DNA of 64,000 nt from Selaginella moellendorffii (GCF_000143415.4 NW_003314321.1:1064236-1128235), one strand, 5' to 3'; positions 37,823 through 50,242 are shown, counted from the stretch's first letter. The notes: generated by a model not told the origin, from the letters alone. A program made the numbers and translations.

Positions 37823-40800
37823 ATGGCCATGGCGGGATCTCAGCAGAATGCTGGCGCCGGGGGAGGATCGTCGTCGCTCATGGATCTCATCTCGGCGGAT
37901 CCAGTCGCGCCATCCCCTGCTCCCTCCTCGGCGTCGTCGGGATCGGGTGGAGGCTTCACTGCCGGGCGCAGATCTTTCAAAAAGTCGAGCCTGCCCAATC
38001 TATTGCAGCTGCCCGGCGATGGCTTGCTATCGCCTAGCAAGATTTTGCCGTCTCCAGTCAAGACAATCGCTCCCAAGCAGAAGAAGGTAAGATCTGCCGC
38101 ATTGCTGCGAGATTTGAGATTTTTGAGGGATTTCCTCCGTGTTGTTTTGCAGCCATTGTCATATTCCCAGCTCGCCAGGTCTCTGCACGAGCTTGCAGCG
38201 ACGTCGGATCAGGTATCGCTCGATTTTTTTCTCTTCTCTAGCGACTTACTCTCTCCTTGGCCAAATAGAAAGCACCTCAAAGGCAGCTCGTCAATCACGT
38301 CTTTCCCAAGCTCGCTGTGTATAGCTCAGTGGATCCGTCACTAGCGCCATCTCTGATCATGGTATGTCTAGAAATTTAAAACGTCTAGAAATTCCAACTT
38401 GTGTCTTGCTTGGTTGTAGCTCCACCAACAAGCTGATGATCGGCAAGTTTTGAGATATGTCTACTACTTCCTCTCACGAATACTTGGGGAAGCTGATTCG
38501 CACGGTGTCGTTCCTGGAGGCGGCATTCCAACTCCCAATTGGGATGCTCTGGCAGACATGAGTGTTGCGGGAGGTGTGACAAGAGCCGATGTAGTTCCTC
38601 GTATTATTGAACTTCTGGCTGCCGAGGCGTCCACTCCTGATCCTGCCGGTACGTGTTGCTAACTCTTGCTCTCTTTTTTCTTTGTTGCTTCTACTCCTTC
38701 AATGCTCTAATGTGCCACAGCACAGTTCACCCCCGGCGAATTGCTGCATTGAAGGCCTTGACTTGCGCTTCAACTAATGAGGATGTCGTGACAAAGTTGT
38801 ACGAGATTGTTTTTGGCATTTTGGACAAGGTAATGAGCGAGCATCGTGCAATTTTAATCGAACGCTTTTGTTTTCAGGTTGCAGATGCAGGCAAAATACG
38901 AAAGAAAAGGGGAATGTTTGGTCGACAAACGTTGGATAGAGAGGTGAGTAGCTTCACTGTTAGTGTCCAGTTTATACAACGATGCCTGTCTTAGTCTGCT
39001 TTACGAAGCAACTTACAATATGCCGCGCTGAGTGCTTTGCAAAAGCTTCCAATAGACCAAGGGAATCCCGCTTTCTTGCACCGTGCCGTACAAGGGTAAA
39101 CATTCAGACGTTCTCAAAGGCAACGCTTAAGCCATGATTTGTTGCAGGATAGCGTGTGCCGATCCCGTGGGAGTGAGACATGCCTTGGCAATGGTCTCAG
39201 AAATGGCGCCGAGGGATCCTTACGGAGTCGCAATGGCTGTCGGTAAGATCCCGGGTTCATGATGTTAGAAGTTAACAATTTTAATTTTCTCTCTTGTAGC
39301 GAAGCTATCACTTGCAGGAGGTGAGTCTATATGGAGTGAAGTTGAAATTTTTCTCAACCAGTCGTTTTTTTCTTGTTTTTTTCTTTATAGGATCATTACA
39401 GGAGGTTTTGCAAATTCATGATGTTATGGCCCGTGTATACCTCGCTCGACTTTGCTACGTACTTTCGAGAGCTCGCGTATTAGATGGTTTGAGTTTCCTT
39501 TTATTATCTTTGTTTTCCGAACTCCCATTGTGTTCTTTTCTACAGAAGTACCGGATCTCAGATCGCAGTTCACTACTATATTATACCAGCTTCTTCTGGA
39601 TCCTAGTGAAAGAGTTTGCTTTGAAGCAATCAGCTGCATTTTGGGGAAATTTAGTAACACTGAAAGGCAAGACTTGAAGTCTCTTTTGATGTTAGCTAGA
39701 CATTCTATTGATTCTTGCTACAGTTCTGCAGAACGTGCAAATGGATGGACAGTTTTGGCATCTGCAATTTTGAGATTTCCGGATTCTTCTTTCAATCCAC
39801 TGAAAGACAATTCTCCTATTAAGGATGGAGGTTCTCAGGATGGACAACCTGCAAAGCTACCTAGAGATCGAACCATGCCAAGACCTCGAAGACCTCAAGC
39901 ACTCATCAAGCTGGTTATGAGAAGGTAACGTTTTTGTTGTCTGCAAGTGAAACCAGATGACGTTTGATGCAGGCTGGAATCTGCCCTTCGGAGCCATTCA
40001 AGACCCGTACTTCATGCTGCTGCCAGGATTATCATGGAAATAGGAAGAAGTCGAGCGGCAGCCTTTACGCACGGTGTATCCGTAAACGAAGACAGTTACC
40101 CCGAGAGCTTCATTGAGAATGGTTTAACTGAAGATGTGGGAGATGCTGAAGGTAATCACCTGAGTATGAGTATGGATGACAACTCAAGACCCTTGCAGGT
40201 GGTCGGTCGAAAGTTTCATCTCTTTCTTCTGCAAGAGAAACTATATCCAGCATGTTGTCCTCGTTGATGGAGGCTGTACGCACCACTGTCGCATGTGAAT
40301 GCGTCTATGTGCGTGCAGCTGCCATCAAAGCCATGATCTGGATGCAAAGACCTGACGAATCCGTCGAGGAATTAAAGTCTATAATAGCGGGCGAGCTCTC
40401 TGATCCGTCATGGCCTGCATCGCTTTTGAGTGATATACTACTCACATTGCATGCTCGTTTCAAGGTGATCCAAAGACTTTCGGATTTTGAATTTTTCTGA
40501 CCGGTTGTTTCCAGGCCACACCTGACATGGCAGTCATCTTACTGGACATTTCGCGGCTGTTCGCAACCAAAGTACCTGGTAAAATTGATGCGGACGTCTT
40601 GCAGCTTCTTTGGAAGGTTAGCACTGACTTTTGTGCATTGGCTATATTCCTTCGTTACTTTTGTAGACATGTCTGGTTGGTTGTGGCCCAACTGGAAAGC
40701 ACACCGCTTTGGAGGCTGTCACCATTGTACTGGACCTTCCACCGCCCGCACCAGTGGTGATGAAGTCCTCTTCCTTGCTGGACAGAATATCTGCATTTGA

Positions 40801-42760
40801 TCCAAAGGCTGCAACAGCACTTCTGCGACTTGTTCAGGCTGCGGTATGGAAAATACTTTTTGACTCTAGTTGACACTGCGTCACTCAGGTGTGGTTTCTG
40901 GGTGAGAATGCCAACTACGCTGCAGCAGAGTACGCATGGGAATCTAAAACACCTCCAGGAACAGCGTTGATGATGCTGGATGGAGACAAAATGGTGGCTG
41001 CTGCAAGCTCCAGAAATCCTACCCTTGCCGGGGCTTTGACCCGCCTCCAAAGATGTGCCTCAAGTGGCAGCTGGGAGGTACACGTTCTTAGTTTCTTTTC
41101 CTTCCTTATTGCTAATGTTTGATCGACATCGTTCTTGACCAGGTGAGAATCGTTGCCGCGCAAGCATTGATCACGATCGCTATAAGGTCGGGTGAGCCTT
41201 ACAGGCTACAAATCTACGAGTTTCTGGATGCACTTGCTAAAGGACATGCATTGGACAAATTTTCCGACTTGCACGTGAGCAACGGTGAAGACCAAGGCGC
41301 TAGTGGCACAGGTCTCAGCTCAATACTCGCTCCAATGCTTCGGGTGCTAGATGAAATGTACAAGGCTCAGGATCAGCTTATCAAGTATGTATCTACTTTC
41401 GTTTGGTGTTTACGCAACTCATAGGTGCTCTTTCAGGGATATGCGACAACATGACAATGCAAAGCAAGAATGGAGCGATGATGAGCTACGGGTACTTTAT
41501 GAAACTCACGAGAGGTTACTAGATCTAGTATCTCTTTTTTGTTTTGTTCCTCGATCAAAATACTTGCCTCTTGGCCCCACAAGGTATGTTTCAGTTATCT
41601 GTATCTCTGGGGACTAACGCTTTCGTGGCAAGCAGCGCGAATTTGATAGATATTTATTGCAAAAGGCATCACATCGATGTTGCTACTGGGTATAATGATC
41701 CAGCTGTAGCGACAGGCATTGCGGACTTGCTTCCCTACGCTGGAGCGCAACCCGAGTATCCTCCAGTTCAAATAGAAGAAGACAAACCAAATGTTTCGGA
41801 TACTTTATGGACTTCGAGTCCTCGGGCGGCAGATCTGGTTAACGAAGAAGTCCAGTTTTCGTCTTGTATGGTTCTGACCGCGTCTATGTTTTCAGGTAAA
41901 CGACTTTCTTGGTGGAAAGGGTACAGATGCTCCCGAAGTGGAGGAGAATCCGACTGCTCGACAGTCCATCAGCTACGACGACATGTGGGCGAAAACGCTG
42001 CTGGAGGCATCGGACGATGAGGTTTGCCATTTGCAGTTTTATGTGTGGCAGTCACTAACTAAATACGTGCCCCCAGACTGTAGATGATCGTTCCTCTGGG
42101 TCTTCCTCCCCAGAGTCAACAGCATCTTTCGAAACATCTGCGTCGTCACGCTATGGCAGTACCAGATATCCCTCTCTGTTCAACAATCCCACAGCACCTG
42201 GGTTCGGCCAACAACAAAGATGGGTATGACTTTGTATTTTGAGTTTCACCTTGAAAATTTGGGTTCGGACGCAGGAGGAGCCAAGGCCTGAACCTTCTAC
42301 ACTATCTTCACTCAACGAAGACGAACCTTCAAGAAGCGAGGTTTGTGAACTCTTAATCTGTACTTACTGACGTTGCCGCGAAATCTACAGGAGGAATCTT
42401 GGCAATCTAGATTTGGAAGGCAGGACAGTTTTTCGTCGGAGAATCCCAGCCACGCATCCCTTCAAGACGGGACTCAGTCCGGCAGAGCCTTATACGACTT
42501 CACCGCGGGTGGTGACGAGGAGGTATGTCAGCAAGGTACACCATTGAACGAAAGTGCTAATCAAGTCTACTGCCGTGCAGTTAAGTATAGTCTCTGGCGA
42601 GGACCTGGAAATCGAATATGAAGTGGACGGCTGGTATCACGTAAGTTTGTTCAAACCTCATCAGCCCACAGCTAACGCGCATATACAGGTACGAAAGAAG
42701 AAGCCTGGGCGAGATGGCAAAATCAGTGGACTGGTCCCAGTACTCTACATTGGATCGTGA
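37823..42760 (+). CDS. TASH3: TPLATE complex subunit TASH3 (TPLATE-associated SH3-domain protein), ~20 exons
   Basis: SLMDLISADP, HVFPKLAVYSSVDPSLAPSL, GGIPTPNWDALAD, VRTTVACECVYVRA, NGEDQGASGTGL, FCFVPRSKYLPLGP. C-terminal SH3: ALYDFTAGGDEELSIVSGEDLEIEYEVDGWY..GLVPVLY. Confidence 0.9.
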
Positions 42761-42876
42761 TGAGGTGTATGACAGTTTTCCCCATTTGCTTGTAGTTTCT
42801 ATCGGGAATTTTGCTATCCCGTCCAGGGTCATTTCGTCTTGTCAGTTTTCACAAACACTTATCCGGAATTGCGTTA

Positions 42877-45132
42877 TCACCCATGATACTGAGCAGTGCT
42901 ATCTATCTCTCTGCAGCTAAAGGCTTGTATCTTGAGTTGCTCCTCCCACATTCCTTTGCTTCCATAGAGCTTTGCCATCAACAAACAAGCTGCATCGTCC
43001 CTCCCGTCCAGCCTCACCAACTTCTCAAAAGCCATCCTTCCTTGTTCTACGTCTCTCCACTTCCAACAGGCGCTTAGAACAGTCGTCCAAGTGACAACAG
43101 TGGGTTTGAAAGGCATCGCAGCGACCACATCCACGGCCTCCTTGATCCTGTTAGCGCGACCAAGCATATCAACCAGGCAGTGGTAGTGCTCCAAGCTTGG
43201 ACTCACTCCAAAGGTGGACACCATGAGCTCGAAGTACCGGCGGCCAGTGTCGACCAGGCCAGCGTGACTGCAAGCAGTGAGAAGGCACACAAAGGTGACG
43301 CTGCTCACCGGGACTGTCTCCTCCAGCATCTGATGGAAGAGTTCCACGGTCCGGCGGAAAGCTCCCACTCGACTGTGCCCTGCCAAGAGCGCGTTCCAAG
43401 TCACGGAGTTTCTGGATGGAACCAGGCCACCAAAGACAAGCTCGCAGTCGCCAATGCTACCGCATTTGCCATAGCTATCGACGAGCGAAGTTTGTACGAT
43501 CTCGTCCTCCATTCCACTCCGGCTTACGTGAGCGTGGATCGCCTTGACAGTCTCCAAGCCGGCGGCACCATCGCAACTAGCCTTGAGAGCAGCAGCAAAC
43601 GTCAAAGCATTCGGGGCCGGACACTCTCCTTCGAGACCCATACGGGCGAGCAGCTCCAGCGCCGAGCTCGCGTCTCCATTGTCGGCATAGCCCAGTATGA
43701 TCGAGTTCCAAGTCACTACGTTCCTGGAGCGGCTGGAAGTCTCCTCAAACACTCGCCGAGCATCGCCCATGCTTCCACACTTGCCGTACATGTCAACGAG
43801 CGCGCTGACCACGAAGACGTCTGCCTCGCAGCGACAGGAAACTATCTGGGAATGAAGAACACGTCCTCGCTCGAGTGTAGCAGCTCTAGTTCTTTGCTGC
43901 TGCTTCTTCGCGTCGCGAAGCTCGGCCATGATCGAGCAAGCCTTGAGCGCTGCCACGAAGGTTGGCGCATTGGGCTTGCAAGGAACCTCCATTCGCGACT
44001 GGAGCTCGAGTGCCATCTCGGGTTCCTCGTTCTCGGCACAGCCAAGGATCAAAGCATTCCAGGAGACAACGTCGTGACACACAGCCTTGTCAAACGCCGC
44101 GCGAGCGTCCAGCAGGCTCCCACACTTGGCATAGCTGGTCACCAGAGCGTTGGCAAGGAACATGTCCGTGCGGGAGCACGCGCGAGCCTGCGAGTGAATC
44201 GCCATGCTCGATTCCAGCGCTTTCATCTTGGCTAGCTTTCCATCGGCAAGGAGCTCGCCCTCCTCGGCGGCTGCGAGCCCAGCGCAAGCCTTGATCGCGA
44301 TGAGGAAAGTCCTGGCGTCCGGCGAGATGGCGACGGAGCGTTGCGTCATTCGAGCAAACAAGTCCAATGCCAGGCGTGGCTCGCCGCTGTCTACGTAGCC
44401 GAGCATGAGCGAGTTCCACGACACCACGTCTCGATGACCCGCCATGGCCTCGAAGATCCTGGTCGCGCTCGCCAAGCTCCCACACTTGGCGTACACTGCC
44501 AGCAGCGAGTTTTGGACGAAGAGATTGGAGGCGTGGCCGCTGGCAACTGCGTCGTGGTGAATTGCATTGCCAGTTTCCAGGATCCTGTAGCGATCACAGT
44601 CATTAATTCCAGCACCATCTTCTTCCTCTCTCGTGATCAGACTCGTGCAAGCTTTCAAAGCCGCGACAAAGAGGCGAGCATCTGGAACACAAGGATACGA
44701 CGAGCCAGAGCCTCCTTCCCCTCTCGATCGCGATCGCGAGAACAAGGCGAGCGCCACCTCTTCCTGCCCGGACTCGACATAGCCAAGAATGAGAGCCGTC
44801 CACGACACCACATCCCGCCGGCGCATGCCATCGAAAACCACGCGCGCATCCGTCACGCTCCCACATTTCGCGTACATGCTGATGAGCGCGTTGCTCGCCA
44901 CCATCGCATCGAGGCCCCATCGCTGGGCGCCCCTGTGGAGCTCGAGATTCCTCCCAATCTCGACCTCCTTGGCAATCCCGCATCCCTTGGCCGCCGCGAG
45001 CCACAGCGACGAACTGGGCGATCGATCCAGGCAAGAGAGAGGAGCGAGGAGGAGATCCGGAGGGACCCAAGATGACGTTGATATCCAAGAGCGCCGCCAG
45101 GAAGGAGAAAGAGACGAAGAACACTTCCACAT
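42877..45132 (-). CDS. PLS-class pentatricopeptide repeat protein with E domain (organellar RNA-editing factor type), intronless, no DYW
   Basis: Repeated NALISMYAKCGS..A..VFD.M..RDVVSW and PDARTF..ALKAC. Terminal TFVCLLTACSHAGLV..HYHCLVDMLGRA..MPFKPTVVTWTTVLSAC. First ATG at 45132. Confidence 0.93.
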   Translation of the reverse strand: MWKCSSSLSPSWRRSWISTSSWVPPDLLLAPLSCLDRSPSSSLWLAAAKGCGIAKEVEIGRNLELHRGAQRWGLDAMVASNALISMYAKCGSVTDARVVFDGMRRRDVVSWTALILGYVESGQEEVALALFSRSRSRGEGGSGSSYPCVPDARLFVAALKACTSLITREEEDGAGINDCDRYRILETGNAIHHDAVASGHASNLFVQNSLLAVYAKCGSLASATRIFEAMAGHRDVVSWNSLMLGYVDSGEPRLALDLFARMTQRSVAISPDARTFLIAIKACAGLAAAEEGELLADGKLAKMKALESSMAIHSQARACSRTDMFLANALVTSYAKCGSLLDARAAFDKAVCHDVVSWNALILGCAENEEPEMALELQSRMEVPCKPNAPTFVAALKACSIMAELRDAKKQQQRTRAATLERGRVLHSQIVSCRCEADVFVVSALVDMYGKCGSMGDARRVFEETSSRSRNVVTWNSIILGYADNGDASSALELLARMGLEGECPAPNALTFAAALKASCDGAAGLETVKAIHAHVSRSGMEDEIVQTSLVDSYGKCGSIGDCELVFGGLVPSRNSVTWNALLAGHSRVGAFRRTVELFHQMLEETVPVSSVTFVCLLTACSHAGLVDTGRRYFELMVSTFGVSPSLEHYHCLVDMLGRANRIKEAVDVVAAMPFKPTVVTWTTVLSACWKWRDVEQGRMAFEKLVRLDGRDDAACLLMAKLYGSKGMWEEQLKIQAFSCREIDSTAQYHG

Positions 45133-45486
45133 GTATGAGCTAGTCAACGCTCCTAGTCAAGAACCCTAAATTTGTGTGGTGGGAAGACATCGACCGTGGC
45201 TGGTGGCTATGGTGATGCACAGTCGTTATAGGAGGTGCCACGTGGGCACATCCAAGATCGAATATCAGAGTCAACCGCGGGATAGTGTCGGGCTGGGCTG
45301 ATTCCGCGCGCTAACGGAGAAGCAGCAGATCGAGAAGCTTCGAAGGCTGGATCCATGGATCCATTCAAGGTAGAGAGATCTTCTTCTCTACAGCTAGACT
45401 GAATCTGGGAGATTGGGCGCTGTCTCGTCCAGCACTGTAGCTAGGGCGATGTAGAGCTTAGATCTAAGCGCGCTCCAGATCCGAGA

Positions 45487-47478
45487 ATGGGCGAACGTAG
45501 CTGCTGCAGCAGGACCAGGCAGAGGAACAGCAGGGATGGCGATGCGAGCATCATCGATCAAGTGTGCGAGCATCCGTTGCTGCTGGAGAGCGTGCTTAGC
45601 ATCATCTTTGGAATGGTGGACAGCCCCGCGGAGAGGCGGGCGATGTCCGAGGTGTGCCGCCAGTGGCACGCCATGGACAGGGAGACGCGCAAGCACGTTT
45701 ATGTGGCCTTCGTCTACTCGGTGTCGCCCGCTACGCTCACTCGCCGCTTCCCCAACCTCCGGAGCCTCAAGCTCAAGGCCAAGCCGAGGGCCTACGAGTT
45801 TGATCTCCTCCCCCACAACTGGGGGGGTCATGTCCACCCCTGGCTTGAAAACATTGGGCCCGCCTACCCGCAGCTCTCTGCGCTCCATCTCCGCCGCATG
45901 GAAGTCCGCGACCAGGACCTCTCCGCCGTCGCCACCGCCTACGCCGCCAGCCTCGAGACGCTCAAGCTCGACTTTTGCTCCGGCTTCTCCACCACCGGCC
46001 TGCGAGCCATCACTGGATCCTGCAAGTAAGCTCTAAGATGATATAGCTCCTGATTGATTTGAATTGGATTCACTCTATCTAGGTGCCTCAAGGTGCTCTA
46101 CGTGGAGAACAGCTACGTCTCGGACGAGGGCGGGCAGTGGCTCAACGAGCTGGCGCTCCACAACCGGGTGCTCGAGGTGCTCGATTTCCAGCTCGCCATT
46201 GGCATCTCCAAGGTGAACGTGGAGGACGTGAGAACCATCATCGAGAAGTGCCCAAACCTGACGTCCCTCAAGCTGGTGGAGGGCGAGGACGGGCTGGGCG
46301 ATGGGCTGAGGAAGGCCCTGGCGTCGTCCACATCGCTCCGGGAGCTGGGCATCTTCCTCACCGCGCAAGAGGAAGACGATCAGGAAGAGATCGATCAGGG
46401 CACCAGCAGCACAGGCCAGCAAACAATGAGAGCGCTGCTACCCAGAAATCTCACCAGCATCTCGGGGGATATCCCTCTCCCGCTCTACACCTCCGTGGCG
46501 GCGCAGCTCCTCAAGCTGGATCTCATGACCACTACCTCCATCGAGGCGGAACAGCACCACGCCCTCCTCCGCTGCTGTACCAGGCTCCAAAACCTTCAGG
46601 TATACAGAGTCAGTGATTGATCATAACTCATGTCACGTACGTGCATGCATGGCTATGGCGGCAATGGTTGACGGGAAAACCAGGTGCGGACAGTCATCGG
46701 CGATGAAGGCCTGGCCATTGTGGGCGAGTGCTGCAAGGATCTTCGCAAGGCCCGGATCGAGGACCACAACGACGAGGGGACCTCGGTGTCACACACGGGT
46801 CTCATGGCCCTGGCTCGCGGCTGCTCCAAGCTCGAGAAGCTGGCCATCTACGTCGCGGACATGTCCAACCAGGCGCTGGCCGCGGTGGGCAGCGGCTGCC
46901 CCGACCTCCGCGACTTCCGCCTCATCCTCACCGAGGCCAACGATCTGAGCAGCATGACCGAGCTGCCGCTGGACGCCGGCTTCGACGAGCTCATGCGCGG
47001 CTGCCACCGGCTATCGCGCCTGTGCATCTACGTCCGCCCCGGCGCGCTGTCCGACCACGGCCTCGTCCGGATCGGCCACCGCGGCGCAAACCTCAAGGCC
47101 TTGCTCCTCGGCTGCTGTGGCGACAGCGATGCCGGCTTCCTGGCCATCGCGCGGGGCTGCAAGCGCCTCCAGCGGCTGGAGATCCGCGACTGCCCCTTCA
47201 CCGACGATGGGCTGCTGCGCGGCGTGGGATGCATGGAGGACCTCAAGCTCATGTGGATCCAGGGATTCAGGATGGACGACTACGGGAAATTGGACGTGCT
47301 GGGCGGGGAGAAGTACCGCAATGTCGAGTGCACGCGCCGGGATCCAATCCAGTGCTTGATCTACCGCTCGCTCGCCGGGCCGAGACTAGATTGCCCCGAG
47401 GAGGTGGTGTCGCCGCAGGGAAATGGGATGCTCCGCCACAACTGGCTCACTCCAAGCGGTGGGCTCGTCGTCGGCTAA
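45487..47478 (+). CDS. COI1-like: COI1-like F-box/LRR protein (TIR1/COI1 family), divergent, ~616 aa
   Basis: Exons 45487-46025, 46083-46599 and 46684-47478 (1851 nt) at the two family-conserved intron sites. RFPNLRSLKLKAKPRAYEFDLLPHNWGG, LHLRRM, LKLDFCSGFSTTGL, WLNELALHN, DFRLIL, ELPLDAG, WIQG, YRSLAGPRLDCP. Confidence 0.88.
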
Positions 47479-47488
47479 GTGACTATTC

Positions 47489-48284
47489 CGTGTGTGTATG
47501 ATTATTCCAAGGCATATTCGTTTGTTTGTTGGGACGTTGAGGCATATGCCACTAGATTCGCCACCATTACCATGTGGCATACCATAGTCAAGTGGGCCAT
47601 ACCAAGTCGAGTTACGTCGTAGCGCTCCATCCCCACGTGTGATTGGTGGGGCCAGGCAACACGTGTGTCCAGTGGCCAGTGGCCATGTCACGTCATACTT
47701 TTTATTTACATATATATGTTGGGTTGCTCATGACATGTGCATGTGACCCGCCCCTATTAAATGCCAACCAGCCACCCCCACGTTGCCTTCCTTGCGTCGC
47801 GGGCACGGAATATCCCTTGTGTTCGCGGTCAAGGCAACCGCCACCCACTACGCCCGTCATGCCCGTCACGTATGGGTGTGCATTATTCGAGTGTATGGAT
47901 GAGAGTATAAATCCCTTCTTTCCATCTATCCATATCCACATTCCCCTCTTGTGAGCGTGATGCCATACGATTGCAAAGGTAGAAGAAGAAGAATACGATA
48001 CTATCTACAATGTAGCCATCGATGATGCGCACGGCCGGATGCATGCATGGGCACCACCACGGCACGTGCGCATGCGGGCCGCACGGGCGCACGCGCAGCA
48101 CGTGACGGCCCCATTTAACGGAACCCTAGCGCCGCTAGCCCCACGGAAGCCCTACCGTACGGTAAGAGAGAGGAGAGAGAGTGTGTTCTTCGTCTCTCTC
48201 TTCTCTTCACTCCGCGCCCCCGCCATACCCGGCTAGCTTTGGCGTGTTTCTTGGGGGATTTTAGGCGGTGCTTGGTAGCGTGCG
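47489..48284. promoter_or_regulatory. G-box/BRRE-rich upstream region of the BZR gene
   Basis: CACGTG at 47634, 47660, 48063 and 48099. CGTG(T/C)G or its reverse at 47489, 47636, 47662, 48028, 48065, 48080, 48088 and 48279. Confidence 0.55.
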
Positions 48285-48558
48285 CGCTGCTGCTACTGCT
48301 GTAAGAGCTCTAGCTCATGGTGCCAGGCTACATTCCTCGGCAGCGCCGCTGCCCAGCCGTCGCGGCGTGATGGCAATGAGAGGTTTTTGGAATCGTTTCT
48401 CTTGCGAGCGAGCAATGAGGGCGAGCTAGTTGTGGCGGCAGCTCCAGGTATTGTGTAGCAATGCTTGGCATTTCTCTCGCTTAGCTCGTTTTCCTTCCAT
48501 CTATCAGATCTGGGAGAATAGTTAAGAGTTTTGCTTCCACTCTCCCCACCACTCGGCC

Positions 48559-50242
48559 ATGACTTCGGGCGCGCGGCTTCCCACTTGGAAGGAGCGGGAG
48601 AACAACAAGAAGCGCGAGCGGCGGCGGCGAGCCATCGCTTCCAAGATCTTCTCGGGTCTCCGCCAGTTCGGCAACTACAAGCTCCCCAAGCACTGCGACA
48701 ACAATGAGGTTCTCAAGGCGCTGTGTGCCGAGGCCGGATGGGTCGTGGAGGAGGATGGAACCACCTATCGCAAGGTATGTGTTCTTCGCTTGCTAGAAGC
48801 GAGAGAAAGAGAGAGAGGGCTTCTCTGCCAAGTCTGACTCACAGAGTGGTGGTGCTATGCAGGGTGCCAAGCCCGTGGAGAGAATGGAAGTTTGCGCGTC
48901 GGCCCCGGCGAGTCCAAGCCCGACTTCTTCGTACCATGGTGGTGGCAGCAATGGTCACACTCTCACCACCACCACTCCCACCGAGCAAGGCACCACTACC
49001 GCGTCCGGCGCCTCCTTGATACCCTGGCTCAAAGGTCTGTCCGGCACCACCACTCCCACAAGCTGCTTCCACGGCGCCTCAAGCGCTCCAGTCACGCCAC
49101 CGCTGAGCTCTCCCAAAGGAAGCAAGCCTTTCAGCCTTAACGGTGGAGGTGGTGCCATAGCTCCAGCGCCTCTCGTCCACGCTCACCATCCCACGGGTGT
49201 CAAGAACCACCAGCAGGCCGAGTGGGACAGAGTCACCATGGCCGAGCACTGGCTCGACTCCACGACCGGGTATGGAAACGCGAGCGGGAGCTGGAGCCCG
49301 GTGATCGTCGGACCGGCCATTCCGAGTCCGTCAGCCGCGAGAGCCAACGTTGTTCGTCCCTGCGAAACTCCCGACGGTTGTATGACTCCATGCTCGGACG
49401 TTGGTGACTCGGAGCCCAACGTCACGGAGCTCCTCAGCAGATATAGCGGTAACAAGAGCGGGAGGTGGATCAATGGAATGCGAGTGGTGGTGAATCCGAG
49501 CTCCGCCGCCGCCGCTGCCGCTGTTAGCGCTGCTCCAAGCAACAACCATCACGCAAACGTGAGCGTCAACTTGACCGGCCACCACAGTCCCGGGATTCTC
49601 AGTGGCTTTGGCTCCAACAGCATGGTCCCAACTATCTCTTCGTCCGGGACCGCGACTCCCACCGCTGGAAGGAGCTATGGCCAGCACCAGCACCAGCACC
49701 AGCACCACTTGGAGCAGCACCACCATCACTTTGTGGACAGCGGCGGTGGCGGGTGGATGAAACCAGCGGGAGCAACAGCAGCATCTTTGCCGCTCGCTTC
49801 GTCTGGATCGGGATTTCCGACAGCTCCAGCGCAACAGCAGGCGCAGGCTCTGGCCAGCCATCACTCTCACGCTCATATGGTGTTCAACGCTGGCGGCGGC
49901 TTTCATGAGCGTGACAATAACTTCTACGCCACCAACACTGCCGCCGCCGCTGCTGTTGCTGCTAACACTACCACCCCCAACAACAGTAATGGCGATGTGG
50001 ATGAGGATCACCAGCAGCAGCAGCAGCAACAGCAATGCTCGCCTTGCTCGTCGAGCGTGTGTGGTGTTGTGGTGGAGACTGGCAAGCGGAAGAGGAGCTT
50101 ACACGAGCTGGACCTGGAGATGACAAGCTCCATCACCAGGCTACAAGCCATGGCTACTAATGACTCGAATGCTCCAGGGAGGAACGCCACCATCTCCGAT
50201 CGGCTGCAGCTCACTCTGGCTACTCCTGCGTCTTCCAGCTGA
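48559..50242 (+). CDS. BZR/BEH: BZR1/BES1-family transcription factor
   Basis: Exon 1 (48559-48774): [72 protein letters not shown]. Exon 2 (48863-50242): [20 protein letters not shown] and a C-terminal EAR-like LQLTL. Confidence 0.95.

Noticed and set aside
43180-45075. Long plus-strand ORFs (351 aa, 244 aa) opposite the PPR gene
   Set aside because: These are antisense shadows of a GC-rich intronless CDS and have no recognisable motifs.
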